Shown: piece by piece, positions 19,923 through 20,000 of the stretch
Position numbering within the stretch: the stretch's first letter is position 1
Layout of the letters: every line of letters begins with the position of its first letter
Virus record (IMG/VR): IMGVR_UViG_3300033121_001188
Source: an uncultured virus (IMG/VR IMGVR_UViG_3300033121_001188)
Lineage: Duplodnaviria; Heunggongvirae; Uroviricota; Caudoviricetes
Length of the DNA stretch: 20,000 bases
Strand: one strand, 5' to 3'
The notes under the pieces: model-generated
What the model was told of the DNA's origin: nothing
What the model saw: only the letters and a program-made list of their open reading frames with translations
Database searches by the model: none
Program-made: the position numbers and the translations under genes

Positions 19923-19998
19923 TGGGAAGGTCAAGGGGATTTTAACCCTCGTCTCCTGCTTGAGAAACAGGTATGTTATTCCATTACACCATGACCTC
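19923..19998 (-). tRNA. tRNA with CTC anticodon (Glu by anticodon), atypical T loop and discriminator
   Basis: GAGGTCA/TGACCTT acceptor, C73, encoded CCA; CCTGT-TT-CTC-AA-GCAGG; T loop TTAAAAT. Confidence 0.7.
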
Positions 19999-20000
19999 AT

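Larger units (their letters stand above)
1..20000 (-). mobile_element. Tailed bacteriophage (podovirus-like) genome segment using genetic code 25 (TGA=Gly); probable host Absconditabacteria (SR1) or Gracilibacteria
   Basis: Tightly packed minus-strand genes with TerL, portal, scaffold and capsid-like products plus a dense tRNA array. The frames are open only if TGA is a sense codon, and TGA falls at conserved Gly positions. Confidence 0.93.

Noticed and set aside
19923..19998. Last tRNA as a UGA-decoding (TCA) tRNA
   Set aside because: The 5-bp stem centres the loop TTCTCAA on CTC. TCA is one base off register and the shifted stem does not pair.

Overview
This window is the DNA-packaging and head-morphogenesis region of a podovirus-like tailed phage, followed by part of a large tRNA array. 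Everything is on the minus strand. The supplied standard-code ORF track is misleading because TGA is read as Gly here (translation table 25, as in Absconditabacteria/SR1 and Gracilibacteria); for example, the terminase Walker A is T-R-TGA-TGA-TGA-K-S. Retranslated by hand, in transcription order the window holds: 17 tRNAs, a terminator, a promoter, three small hypothetical genes, terL, three giant ~1200-1300 aa putative ejection proteins (A, B, C), a small TerS-like gene, a P22-like portal, a terminator and promoter, a scaffold, and the major capsid gene (truncated by the window edge). The most striking observation is that the three giant proteins (3716 aa in total) contain only four cysteines, all at the ends that adjoin in gene order (A C-term / B N-term, B C-term / C N-term), suggesting a head-to-tail disulfide-linked ejection chain. 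CGA/CGG codons also read better as Trp than Arg, which points to an Absconditabacterales host. The visible capsid gene avoids all reassigned codons. All translations and counts are manual and no database searches were run.
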